Assembly: GCA_050011565.1 (NCBI GenBank) | Contig: JBEKIW010000001.1 | Coordinates: 234,254 to 266,253 of the forward strand | Source of the DNA: Dehalococcoidia bacterium | GTDB lineage: Bacteria; Chloroflexota; Dehalococcoidia; GIF9; UBA5629 | Reading direction: 5' to 3' | Length of the DNA stretch: 32,000 bases | Shown: piece after piece, positions 22,344 to 31,143 of the stretch | Numbering within the stretch: position 1 is the stretch's first letter | Layout of the letters: each line of letters starts with the position of its first letter | Notes under the pieces: generated by a model | Told to the model about the DNA's origin: nothing | Database searches by the model: none | What the model saw: the letters and a program-made list of their open reading frames with translations, nothing else | Translations under genes and position numbers: made by a program

Positions 22344-22520
22344 ATGTGCAACTGCCGGTTGGGGGAGGAGAAGGTTCCCAAGCTCCTTGGCAAGCGTTTG
22401 AGGGTTCATCCGAAAACGAGCCACTTTGGTGAAGGGAGCCAAGAGGAAGGAGTAGTGGAACGAAGCTAGGGGCAGGCTTGAGGTTATCGAGGCTGTCCTT
22501 TTTTATGTCCTGACGGCCAA
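22344..22520 (+). other. Decayed duplicate of the C-terminus and 3' flank of the downstream Zn-ribbon gene (contains a 41-codon ORF of doubtful coding status)
   Basis: 22425-22520 aligns with 22907-22990, for example GAAGGAGTAGTGGAACGAAGC...ATCGAGGCTGTCCTTTTTTATGTCCTGACGGCC against GAAAAGTAGTAGAAAGAAAC...ATCGAGGCTGTTTTTTTATGCCTGCGGCC. PKLLGKRLRV resembles SKLLGDLFDKRLKY. The terminator stem carries a mismatch in this copy. Confidence 0.35.
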
Positions 22521-22619
22521 GGCTAATGCGAACGTGTAAATAAACCTTTTTGCCGTATCACCAGTTTAATTAATTAGAATATAAGTGTTGACATAAATTT
22601 ATGACGAGGGCCAAAGTAG

Positions 22620-22907
22620 ATGTGGCAGATACATTTTTGTCCCCACTGCGGGGCCAGAGCCGCGTATAGCGCCAGATTCTGCGGCACTTGCGGTTTTGAC
22701 TTAACATCGGTAGCGCCAGAGGTACCGCCTCCGTCCTATGACTATCAGTATCCGTATCAGCAATGGGTACCATCGGCGGCGTATATAGATCAAGTACAGC
22801 AGAGATTCGTACCTGGAAGTGATATAAATGCCAGGCCGATGAGCGCCGAGATTTCAAAGCTGCTGGGAGACTTATTCGATAAACGCCTTAAATACAACAA
22901 GGCATAG
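22620..22907 (+). CDS. Small zinc-ribbon protein with P/Y/Q-rich tail
   Basis: 95 aa. CPHCGARAAYSARFCGTCG is a CxxC-N10-CxxC ribbon. It is followed by PPPSYDYQYPYQQW, and the gene is followed by a terminator. Confidence 0.7.
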   Translation: MWQIHFCPHCGARAAYSARFCGTCGFDLTSVAPEVPPPSYDYQYPYQQWVPSAAYIDQVQQRFVPGSDINARPMSAEISKLLGDLFDKRLKYNKA

Positions 22908-22944
22908 GGCAAGCAAAGAGAAAAGTAGTAGAAAGAAACCAAGG

Positions 22945-22976
22945 ACAGCCTAGATGATATCGAGGCTGTTTTTTTA
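22945..22976 (+). terminator. Rho-independent terminator after the Zn-ribbon gene
   Basis: ACAGCCT (22945-22951) and AGGCTGT (22963-22969) form a 7-bp stem with an 11-nt loop, followed by a T7 run. Confidence 0.7.
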
Positions 22977-23016
22977 TGCCTGCGGCCCCATCTAAACGTA
23001 TTTAACCAGCCATAGA

Positions 23017-24312
23017 CTACAGAGTAGAATCAGGGTTCGTCTCATCTGTAGCTTTTTTTGCCGTCTCTGAGTCCGGTGGTATAGGTATGGCCGGAGCTTC
23101 AGTAATTACAGGATAGTCTGAGGCAGCCGGTGCCGATGGCGCCGCTTCCAGCACCTGGCCGGGTACGGCAGCCGGCATGGGATATGTCGTCAATGTCGGT
23201 TCAGGAGTTGGAGCCGGTTCGACTACCGGCAAAGATGATACCGGCAGTGCCGGTTCGGGTGTGATTTCCGGTGACGGAACTGTTGCCACCGCAAAATCCG
23301 GGTTTAACTCATTTGTGGCTTCAGGAGTCTGTAATGTCTCAGGTGCCGGCGTGGTTTCCGGTGAGGGTTCTATTGCGGTAGCAGAATCAATGTTTAGCTC
23401 ATTCGTAGCTTCTGGAGTCTGTAAAGTCTCCGGTGCCGGCACGGCTGGAATCTCAGTAATTACAGGAGTCTCTGTTGCAGCTGGTGTAGATGGGGTCGTT
23501 TCCAGCACCTGGTCGGGGACATCAACCGGTGTCGAATATGTGGCTAAGGCAGGCTCCGGAGCCGGTGTCAGTTCAGCTGAGTCTGATACTGATGGCTCAA
23601 ATGTTACCGGAGATAGTATTGCTGCGGGGAGCTCCCCAGTTGTTATTTCATTCGCTGCCATAGGCTCGGTTGCCGGAGTGCCGGCTGTTACATCTGTTAA
23701 TATCGGGTGCGGGAAGGTTACGCACTGTGGGTCAGGGCTGCGTGAAGGATGTGGATTTGGACAGGGCGAAGGATGTGGATGTGGACAGGGTGAAGGTTCA
23801 GGTTGGGGGGAGGGAGGTCCGAAAGGATGATTTCCCCAAGGGCTATAGTGATTACCAAAAAGATATGGATAAAAATAATAAGAAGAAAGTAGCCATGAGC
23901 TTGGTGAATAACAGGTCGTGGGACAGGGCGGTGTATAAGAGCAGGGTAATTGATATGAACTCGGTGGTTGGTATGTGCAGGGATTGTAATAATAGGGTGA
24001 CGCGGTCACACATCCATACGGACTAATCAGATTGTTGTTGACACAGTCTTGCGCAGCTTTATCACAGGTGCTGCACTCCGTCGATGTCTGTTGGAGCTGG
24101 TTTTGAAGCTGCTGGTTCTGATTCTGCACGTTTTGAAGCGCCTCTTGCGTGGCCTGCAGGTTATTTTGCGTCGTTTCCAGCGATAAACTCAGCGCCTGTA
24201 CTTTGTATTGAAGTTCCTGCAGGTCTTTCTGGCTGGCAGCAGGAGTACAGGCAGCACCGAGGAATGTAACTAAAAGTAGTAGTGAAGCTAGCCCGCATAC
24301 CTTTTTTAACAT
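23017..24312 (-). CDS. Secreted lipoprotein: Q-rich coiled-coil, Cys/Tyr/Pro-rich module, Pro/Thr/Glu-rich repeats
   Basis: 431 aa. The signal peptide carries a lipobox (LLLLVTFLGAAC). The heptad-like Q-rich segment is LQATQEALQNVQNQNQQLQNQLQQ. The C/Y/P-rich block is CVTASPYYYNPCTYQPPSSYQLPCSYTPPCPTTCY...PHPHPSPCPNPHP. The C-terminal half is built from internal repeats. Confidence 0.8.
   Translation of the reverse strand: MLKKVCGLASLLLLVTFLGAACTPAASQKDLQELQYKVQALSLSLETTQNNLQATQEALQNVQNQNQQLQNQLQQTSTECSTCDKAAQDCVNNNLISPYGCVTASPYYYNPCTYQPPSSYQLPCSYTPPCPTTCYSPSSWLLSSYYFYPYLFGNHYSPWGNHPFGPPSPQPEPSPCPHPHPSPCPNPHPSRSPDPQCVTFPHPILTDVTAGTPATEPMAANEITTGELPAAILSPVTFEPSVSDSAELTPAPEPALATYSTPVDVPDQVLETTPSTPAATETPVITEIPAVPAPETLQTPEATNELNIDSATAIEPSPETTPAPETLQTPEATNELNPDFAVATVPSPEITPEPALPVSSLPVVEPAPTPEPTLTTYPMPAAVPGQVLEAAPSAPAASDYPVITEAPAIPIPPDSETAKKATDETNPDSTL
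23265..23444 (-). repeat. Two tandem 90-nt (30-aa) repeats inside the lipoprotein gene, flanked by a second ~135-nt repeat pair
   Basis: 23265-23354 and 23355-23444 are near-identical and encode PAPETLQTPEATNELN(I/P)D... A longer unit at about 23093-23225 recurs at about 23447-23580. It encodes PEP.L.TY..P..VP.QVLE..PS.PAA...PVITE.PA.P. Confidence 0.85.
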
Positions 24313-24408
24313 GATGCACCTCCTTAGTGAAGGATATTACCACCTAAACCATGGTTGTTCAGGAAACGACCAAGCGAGTTAACAACCCTGTTTAAGTGGC
24401 CCAATTGA

Positions 24409-24437
24409 ACTATAAAACAGTAAATTGGGTTTGTCAA
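24409..24437 (-). promoter_or_regulatory. Sigma70-like promoter for the lipoprotein gene
   Basis: On the minus strand: TTGACA (24437..24432), a 17-nt spacer, then TATAGT (24414..24409). It lies about 100 nt upstream of ATG 24312. Confidence 0.5.
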
Positions 24438-24537
24438 ATAACGATAGGCTTGAAAGGGCCGTTTTTTGATGAATCGGTGAAAATTTTACAATTCACTACC
24501 GGCTTTCTAGACGTAAAATGAGCAGTTGCAGATTTGA

Positions 24538-27500
24538 TTAGGACGTGGATGGTCTGGCTCGGACTACCGTGGGAGTGTACACCATTTCATAGAGCCGGGC
24601 ATATAAGCCGCTACGGCGCAGAAGCTCTTCATGCAGGCCCTGTTCCACAATCCGCCCGTTATCGATTACCAGGATAAGGTCGGCATCGCGAATAGTCGAT
24701 AGCCGGTGGGCGATGACTACCGTAGTGCGTCCTTTCAGGAGATTTCGCAGACCTTGCTGGAGGACGTGTTCGCTGTACGAGTCGACGCTGGCGGTAGCTT
24801 CATCCAGCAGTAGTATGGCTGGATTTGCCAGTAGCGCCCTGGCAAAGCTGATAAGCTGGCGCTGCCCCATGCTCAGGTTTTGTCCGCGCTCCTGCAGTTC
24901 GGTATCGTAGCCGTTTTCCAGACGTACAATGAAATCGTGGGCACCTACTGCCCTGGCGGCGGCTATTATTTCATCCTCGCCAGCCTCAAGGTTACCATAG
25001 CGGATGTTGTCCCTGACCGTTCCGGAGAACAGGAACGGGTCTTGCAGCACCAGGCCCAACTGCCGTCGGTAGCCGGCGGTATCTATACCGCGTAAATCAT
25101 GGCCATCGATTAGTATGCGCCCTTTATCGACGTCGTAAAAGCGGGCGATGAGGCTGACGATGGTGCTCTTGCCGGCGCCGGTGGGACCGACCAGTGCCAC
25201 CGTCTTTCCCTGAGGCATACGCAGGTTTACATCGTGAATCACTTCAACATCAGGTTCGTAGCTGAAGGAAACGCCCTCGAACTTGATATCACCTTGTATT
25301 CGAGATAGCTTGGTTCCTGTGCCATCCGCCATTTCCGGCTTTACGTCGAGGAGTTCGAAGACACGTGCGCCCGAGGCCATTGCCATCTGCAGCTGGGAGT
25401 ACTCCATGGTCAGCGACCTGATGGGGTCAAAGAAGTTCTGCATATAGAGGACAAAGGCAAGCAGTGTGCCTACAAGAAGCGTGCCGCTCAGCACACCTGT
25501 CCCGCCGTAAAGGACGATGATAACGGTCGATAGCGCCAGTAGCAGTTCCACTCCGGGCATCATGGCCGCCGAAAATTTGGCTGCCTGCACGTTGGCGTCG
25601 AAATGGTCGTAATTTACCCGGTCGAAGTGCTGAGAGTTCAGTTCCTCCCGGGACAGGCTCTGAATAACCCGCACCCCGGAGATGTTTTCCTGCAACGCGG
25701 CATTTACCGGCGCCAGCGCCTGCCTTACCTTGATAAAGGAGCGGCGGGCTGTTGTCTGCCATAGCATTATGAACAGAAAGAGCAGCGGCACCACCGTCAG
25801 AGTGAGCAGCGCCAGCTTGAAGTTCATGGCAGACATGGCAATTATAATGGCAATCAGGCTGACTATCTCGCCGGCTACCCAGAAGACGCCGGAATCAAGG
25901 AAGTCGCCTACTTCGCCCACGTCGTCCTGCACGCGCGACATGACACGTCCGACCTCGTTGCTTTCGATGAACCTTAGAGACAGACGCTGCAGGTGGTTGA
26001 ATAGCTGGCTGCGCAGGTTGAGCAGTATGCTCTGTCCCAGGCGCGCTTCAGCCCTGATCTGGGCGTAATAAGATACGCCGTTGAGCAGCGCCACGCCAAG
26101 AAAAAGAAGGACGATGATGTTCAACCCGCTGAGATTGCCGGCCACAATATATTTATCTTCTGCCACTCCCACCAGGTACGGATTAGCTACTATGGTAAAG
26201 GTATAGAGCAATGTGGCCACGATGGTCAGGGGCAGTGCCACTTTGTACGACGCGAAATATTTGGCCAGGCGCGAAACCACGCGGGAGTCATAGGGTTTGC
26301 CGAAGACGATATCGTCCGATATGCGCAGGCTGCTAAGTCGTTCGCTTCTGACACGCGTGGTCTGGTGGCCGTCTCCTTCGGGAAAGACGGAAGCCATCTC
26401 CTCCTCAGCCAAAGGCAAAGTCGCCGGCTCGATAAAGTCTTCCTGCTGCTCGAACTGCAGACCGTAGAGCTGCTGGTACCAGCCATTTCTGGCAAGTAGT
26501 TCCTCGTGTTTGCCGCGCTCGATAATCTGGCCGTCCTTCAGCACCAGAATTAAATCAGCCATCTGCACCGACCGCAGACGGTGGGCAATGATGAACGTGG
26601 TCCGGCCGACCGGCAGCTCCGCCAGAGCCTGCTGTAAGAGGTACTCGGTCTCGGCGTCCAAACTCGATGTAGAATCGTCCATTATTAAAATACGCGGGTT
26701 GAGTAACAGAGTGCGGGCAATCGCCAGCCGCTGCTTCTGACCGCCGGAAAGGGTTATACCCCGCTCGCCCACCCAGGTCTCGTAGCCCTCAGGCAGGCTG
26801 GTGATGAAGTCGTGCAGCCGAGCGGTCTTCGCCGCTTCCATTATCTCCTCCAGGCTGGCATCCGGCTTGCCGTAGCTAATATTTTCCCGGATGGTAGCCG
26901 AAAAGAGAAAGGTATCCTGATGGACAATGCCGACATGCCGCCGCAGAGAGGCAAGCGACATGTCCCTGATGTCCGTGCCGTCGATAGTAATGCGGCCGGA
27001 GGTTACGTCATAGAAGCGCGGTATCAAATTGGCTACGGTGGACTTGCCGCTGCCGCTGGCGCCGACGAGAGCTATCACCTGCCCGGGTTGAGCTTCGAAG
27101 CTGACGTCTTTCAACGCAGTGCCGTGGGAATCATAGCTGAAGCAAACGTTCTCGAATTTGACCAGCCCCTTCACTTCGTTGATATCGATGGCGTCGGGCT
27201 TCTCAATTACCGGTGATACCTGGTCGATGATTTCAAAGATGCGACGTCCGGAAGCCATAGCCCGGGAGAAGAGTATGCTCAACCATCCCAGTATGTAGAC
27301 CGGCGTACTGAGCATGACCAGGTAAATCAGGAACTGGGCAAGTTCACCCTGTGTTAGGCTGCCGGCTATTACCAGCCTGCCTCCGTACCACAGGACGACC
27401 CCCATGGCCGCCAGAAGAGCAAAGCTCATAGCCGGGCTGTTGGAAGCCAGTTGGTTGTTGGCTTCAATCTCCTGGTTGTATATGACTTCGGCCTGGCTGC

Positions 27501-28164
27501 GGAATTTCCGGCTCTCGAATTCCTCGCGAGCGAAAGCCCGCACCACCCTTACACCGGTCAGGTTTTCCTGTAATATGGTGCCCAGGTCACCGATGCCCTG
27601 TTGAATTTTCATCCACAGCACACGTAGTCTCTGGTTTATGGCGACGGTGCGGAAGGAGATGAAGGGAAGAACGCTTAAACTGATTAAGGCCAGCTTCCAG
27701 TTGAGCATCAGGAGAACGATGGTTATGGCTACCATAAGCAGGACAAAATAAAGGCCTCGCAGCAGGGCGAAACCGACAAACATGCGGACTGACTCGACAT
27801 CTGAAGTAGCCCGGGACATAAGCTGGCCGGTTTGAGAGCGGTCGTGAAAGGCGTAGCTGAGGCTCTGGAGACGGTTGTAAATTGTATTACGGAGGTCATA
27901 GGCAACTCTATTGGAGAGAAATTCAGCCAGGTAGCCCTGCCAGTAGCTGGACACGCTGCGCAGTATGCCGGCTACAGCTATAGCCAGCGCCGTCAGCACC
28001 AGGGCGCTGTGCTGGCCTGAGCCCAGTGCCAGGTCAATAGCCTGACCGGTAAAGCGGGGTATGGCTATGGTCAGCGCCGCTCCGGCAAAAAGACAAAAAT
28101 AAGCTATAGCTGCCCGCGGCCAATACTTCCAAAAAAGCGCCGCAACACGTACAAAGATACGCAT
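24538..28164 (-). CDS. Fused full-length ABC exporter (TMD-NBD-TMD-NBD, type IV/ABCB-like) with one degenerate ATP site
   Basis: 1208 aa. NBD1 has Walker A GASGSGKST, signature LSGGQKQR and Walker B ILIMDDSTS, with Asp in place of the catalytic Glu. NBD2 has Walker A GPTGAGKST, a non-canonical signature LSMGQRQ and Walker B ILLLDEATA. Each half has six predicted TM helices. Confidence 0.92.
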   Translation of the reverse strand: MRIFVRVAALFWKYWPRAAIAYFCLFAGAALTIAIPRFTGQAIDLALGSGQHSALVLTALAIAVAGILRSVSSYWQGYLAEFLSNRVAYDLRNTIYNRLQSLSYAFHDRSQTGQLMSRATSDVESVRMFVGFALLRGLYFVLLMVAITIVLLMLNWKLALISLSVLPFISFRTVAINQRLRVLWMKIQQGIGDLGTILQENLTGVRVVRAFAREEFESRKFRSQAEVIYNQEIEANNQLASNSPAMSFALLAAMGVVLWYGGRLVIAGSLTQGELAQFLIYLVMLSTPVYILGWLSILFSRAMASGRRIFEIIDQVSPVIEKPDAIDINEVKGLVKFENVCFSYDSHGTALKDVSFEAQPGQVIALVGASGSGKSTVANLIPRFYDVTSGRITIDGTDIRDMSLASLRRHVGIVHQDTFLFSATIRENISYGKPDASLEEIMEAAKTARLHDFITSLPEGYETWVGERGITLSGGQKQRLAIARTLLLNPRILIMDDSTSSLDAETEYLLQQALAELPVGRTTFIIAHRLRSVQMADLILVLKDGQIIERGKHEELLARNGWYQQLYGLQFEQQEDFIEPATLPLAEEEMASVFPEGDGHQTTRVRSERLSSLRISDDIVFGKPYDSRVVSRLAKYFASYKVALPLTIVATLLYTFTIVANPYLVGVAEDKYIVAGNLSGLNIIVLLFLGVALLNGVSYYAQIRAEARLGQSILLNLRSQLFNHLQRLSLRFIESNEVGRVMSRVQDDVGEVGDFLDSGVFWVAGEIVSLIAIIIAMSAMNFKLALLTLTVVPLLFLFIMLWQTTARRSFIKVRQALAPVNAALQENISGVRVIQSLSREELNSQHFDRVNYDHFDANVQAAKFSAAMMPGVELLLALSTVIIVLYGGTGVLSGTLLVGTLLAFVLYMQNFFDPIRSLTMEYSQLQMAMASGARVFELLDVKPEMADGTGTKLSRIQGDIKFEGVSFSYEPDVEVIHDVNLRMPQGKTVALVGPTGAGKSTIVSLIARFYDVDKGRILIDGHDLRGIDTAGYRRQLGLVLQDPFLFSGTVRDNIRYGNLEAGEDEIIAAARAVGAHDFIVRLENGYDTELQERGQNLSMGQRQLISFARALLANPAILLLDEATASVDSYSEHVLQQGLRNLLKGRTTVVIAHRLSTIRDADLILVIDNGRIVEQGLHEELLRRSGLYARLYEMVYTPTVVRARPSTS

Positions 28165-28365
28165 TTTCTCTTGTATTTATATTAGCACTTATTGCCCGAC
28201 TAATGCTGCCATATTCCCTCCAAAAAGGCTGGACTTATATTTGGGGCTTTGCTAGACTTACGCGGATATTTCAACGCCCTATTACCGGAGGGACTATGAG
28301 AAAAGTTTATAAATTATTTACGATCATATGCGCCGGTAACATCTATCACAGAAGGAGGTAACGCC

Positions 28366-28869
28366 ATGCAGTGGTCCAGCCCACCACCGATGACTATCGA
28401 CCGGAACAAGCAGTACACGGCAACGATAAAGACCAACTACGGAGATATAGTATTGCAGTTCTTTCCTAAAGATGCGCCTATTACCGTGAACAATTTCGTT
28501 TTCCTGGCTGGCCAGGGCTTCTACAATGGGGTGAAGTTTCATCGCGTGGTGAAGGGTTTCGTAATTCAGGGCGGTGACCCGACGGGTACCGGCACCGGCG
28601 GGCCGGGATACAGGTTTGCCGATGAAAAAATTACTAAAGACTATGTTGCCGGTACTCTGGCTATGGCCAATGCCGGGACCGATACCAACGGCAGCCAGTT
28701 CTTCGTCACCTTAGTCGACCTCAGCGGCAGCCTGCCCAAAAAATATACTATCTTCGGACAGGTTACTAGCGGCTTCGACGTAGTGCAGAAGATAGGTGAT
28801 GTACCGGTGGATGGTTCGTCGCCGATAAAGGGCGTCCTTATAGACAGCATTACCATAGAGGGAAAATAG
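28366..28869 (+). CDS. ppiB: Cyclophilin-type peptidyl-prolyl cis-trans isomerase
   Basis: 167 aa. FHRVVKGFVIQGGDPTGTGTGGPGYRFADE and SQFFVT are cyclophilin core motifs. RBS GAAGGAGG is present. Confidence 0.93.
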   Translation: MQWSSPPPMTIDRNKQYTATIKTNYGDIVLQFFPKDAPITVNNFVFLAGQGFYNGVKFHRVVKGFVIQGGDPTGTGTGGPGYRFADEKITKDYVAGTLAMANAGTDTNGSQFFVTLVDLSGSLPKKYTIFGQVTSGFDVVQKIGDVPVDGSSPIKGVLIDSITIEGK

Positions 28870-28900
28870 CTGTTCTTATTGTCTTGATCCAGGCAGCCCG

Positions 28901-31135
28901 CTATGTTTGATTTTTGGGGCCCTGTTCGGCGGATTCTCTGCTATAGCCCTCTTCTTCCAGCTTCTCCATAATCCGGGCGGCTCTGGGATAGCCGATGCGT
29001 AGCCGGCGCTGCAAAAAGGAAGTAGAGACGTATTTGTGCTCTTTGGCTAGCTGTCTGGCAGACTCCATCATGGAATCATCACCGCCTTTTTCTGCCGAGA
29101 CTAGCCGGCTCATGTCCTCGAACCGGACCGGCTCCGTCTCCGGCCGGCGCTGATTGCCCCAGAAATAGACTACTCTCTCGGTCTCGGTATCCGAGACAAA
29201 GGTGCCTTGAAGTCGTTTCGGCTTGCTGGCGTCGGTGGGCATATAAAGCATATCGCCTCTGCCCAGCAGCTTCTCGGCGCCGGCAGCATCCAGTATGGTA
29301 CGCGAGTCTACCTGTGAGGTGAGGGCAAAGCTGATGCGGGTGGGGAAATTGGCTTTGATGAGGCCGGTAACTACGTCAACGGATGGCCGTTGAGTAGCCA
29401 CAATCAGATGTATGCCGGTAGCTCGCGCCAGTTGGGCCAGGCGGCACAGCGTGCGCTCCACCTCATCGAAAGCTGCCATCATCAAGTCAGCCAGCTCATC
29501 GATGACCACTACAATACAGGGCATCGCTTCGCCGGGATGCCGGCTCTTGTTATAGCCTTCGATATTGCGTGCCCCAACCTGAGCGAACTTCTGGTAGCGG
29601 TTGTCCATTTCTTGATTGAGCCAACGGAGTGCCATTACCGCTTTGTCGGCATCAACAACCACCGGAGCCACCAGGTGTGGTAATGAGTTGAAATTGACCA
29701 GCTCCACTCGCTTGGGGTCGATCATGATGAACTGGACGTCGTCAGGTGTGTTGTGGATGAGCAGGCAGCAGATAGTGGAGTTGAGGCAGGCGGTCTTGCC
29801 GCTGCCGGTGGCGCCGGCAATAAGCAGGTGCGGCATCCGGGCGAGGTCGGCAGCCACTGTTTCACCGCCGGCGCCCTTGCCCATAGCCAGAGCCAGCTTC
29901 GATTTGGCGCAGGCTTTTTGGAAGGAGGCGGACTCGATTACGCTTCTCAGGTTGACCAGGCCGAATGAAGTATTGGGGACTTCGATGCCTACTATCGATT
30001 TTCCGGGCACCGGGGCTTCGATCCTGATGCTCGATGCCGCCAGGGCTAAAGCCAGGTCGCTGGCCAGTGCGCTGATGCGGTCTACTTTAACTCTGGTTTT
30101 CGATATCTCCTCGGTGCGGACTTGAATTTCACCGTCTTTATCCCGTTCTCTAATATCCTTGTACTTGCGGTCCCAACCCGGCTCGACTCCGAACTGGGTC
30201 ACGGTGGGGCCGACATTTATCTGGACTACCTTGGCATCGACACCATAGCTGGCTAAAGCTTCCTGGATGAGCTCTGCTCGCTTTTCAATTTCGCTCTGGC
30301 TTAGCTCCACCTCTGTGGGCTTGTCCAATATAGTTAGGGGCGGCAGTTGCCAGCCTCCGGGGGTGAGTACCGGCCGATATTTTCCCGGTTCCCAGGCTTC
30401 GGGTGGAGGCGGCTCGGCAGCTTTCATCGGCGTTATGACCGGTGGTGGTGCCTCTGCCGGCGCTTCTTTGGTTTCTACTTTACCAAAATTAATTTCTGCC
30501 GGTGTCGATTCGGGTTTAACCTTGGGATGGCGCTGGCTGGCCTGACGGATGGCTTGCCAGATAAGCAAAAAGAGCTTGCCTATACCCCTGAATATGGTCT
30601 TGAATATATTGGTTATTAAGCCCCATGTCCAGCGGGGGACTATGATGAGGATACCAAGGAAAATAAGACCGGCCAGCCGTAGTGCGGCTATTGTGTAGGA
30701 ATCGGTGATAATGCTCTGGCCGATACTGCCGCCGAGAGTTGCCTCGCTGACGATGCCGCTGCCGGGGCTGAAAAAGGCTAATATGCCCCAGACAGCAAAG
30801 GCTAAAGGAATGCCGCCCAGCCACCACTTCCAGTATCTGGTGAAGAGCCAGAACCGTCCGCTGGCAATCATCCAGATTAGTATTCCCAGAAATACGGCAG
30901 TCAGGACTAATCCCAGACCGAAGAGGCCAAGCAGACCTTCCCAGGTGGCAACAATCCAGTCGGTTATATTTCCCCAGGTAGCGGCAGCCCAGTTCGATAT
31001 ATTGGGCCAGAACCAGACTATGAGTCCGACGATGACTACCGCCAGTAGCAGCCGTAAAAAAGGCCCCAGGTAATTCTTTTTTTTCTTGCCTTTGCCGCTG
31101 TCTGAAGTTTTGGTGGTCTTCTTTTTCTTAGGCAT
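28901..31135 (-). CDS. ftsK: DNA translocase FtsK/SpoIIIE
   Basis: 744 aa. It has a Lys-rich N-terminus, four or more TM helices and a Pro-rich linker. The motor domain has Walker A GATGSGKT and VVVIDELADL. The C-terminal gamma winged-helix is STSFLQRRLRIGYPRAARIMEKLEEEG. Confidence 0.95.
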   Translation of the reverse strand: MPKKKKTTKTSDSGKGKKKKNYLGPFLRLLLAVVIVGLIVWFWPNISNWAAATWGNITDWIVATWEGLLGLFGLGLVLTAVFLGILIWMIASGRFWLFTRYWKWWLGGIPLAFAVWGILAFFSPGSGIVSEATLGGSIGQSIITDSYTIAALRLAGLIFLGILIIVPRWTWGLITNIFKTIFRGIGKLFLLIWQAIRQASQRHPKVKPESTPAEINFGKVETKEAPAEAPPPVITPMKAAEPPPPEAWEPGKYRPVLTPGGWQLPPLTILDKPTEVELSQSEIEKRAELIQEALASYGVDAKVVQINVGPTVTQFGVEPGWDRKYKDIRERDKDGEIQVRTEEISKTRVKVDRISALASDLALALAASSIRIEAPVPGKSIVGIEVPNTSFGLVNLRSVIESASFQKACAKSKLALAMGKGAGGETVAADLARMPHLLIAGATGSGKTACLNSTICCLLIHNTPDDVQFIMIDPKRVELVNFNSLPHLVAPVVVDADKAVMALRWLNQEMDNRYQKFAQVGARNIEGYNKSRHPGEAMPCIVVVIDELADLMMAAFDEVERTLCRLAQLARATGIHLIVATQRPSVDVVTGLIKANFPTRISFALTSQVDSRTILDAAGAEKLLGRGDMLYMPTDASKPKRLQGTFVSDTETERVVYFWGNQRRPETEPVRFEDMSRLVSAEKGGDDSMMESARQLAKEHKYVSTSFLQRRLRIGYPRAARIMEKLEEEGYSRESAEQGPKNQT

Positions 31136-31143
31136 ATCTTGAT

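Noticed and set aside
22112-22393. 93-aa minus-strand ORF
   Set aside because: It overlaps the LuxR terminator and an AT-rich spacer. It has no RBS or motif, and its composition is atypical for the window.
22150-22560. Possible structured housekeeping RNA (RNase P, SRP, tmRNA or 6S) in the long gene-poor stretch after the LuxR solo
   Set aside because: I looked for the conserved cores (an RNase P GGAAAGTCCGGGC-like box, the SRP GGAAGCAGCC-type helix-8 motif, and the tmRNA tRNA-like ends) and found none. The region is better explained as a decayed gene duplicate.
23177-23830. 217-aa plus-strand Gly/Ser/Val-rich ORF
   Set aside because: It is antisense to the repeat region of the lipoprotein gene and is a low-complexity mirror of the P/T/E-rich repeats.
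28297-28362. 21-codon ORF (MRKVYKLFTIICAGNIYHRRR) just upstream of ppiB, considered as a frameshifted signal peptide of the cyclophilin
   Set aside because: The ppiB frame has an in-frame TGA about 60 nt upstream (around 28301-28303) and its own strong RBS at the ATG. The mini-ORF ends inside that RBS, and there is no lipobox. The evidence for a frameshift is insufficient.
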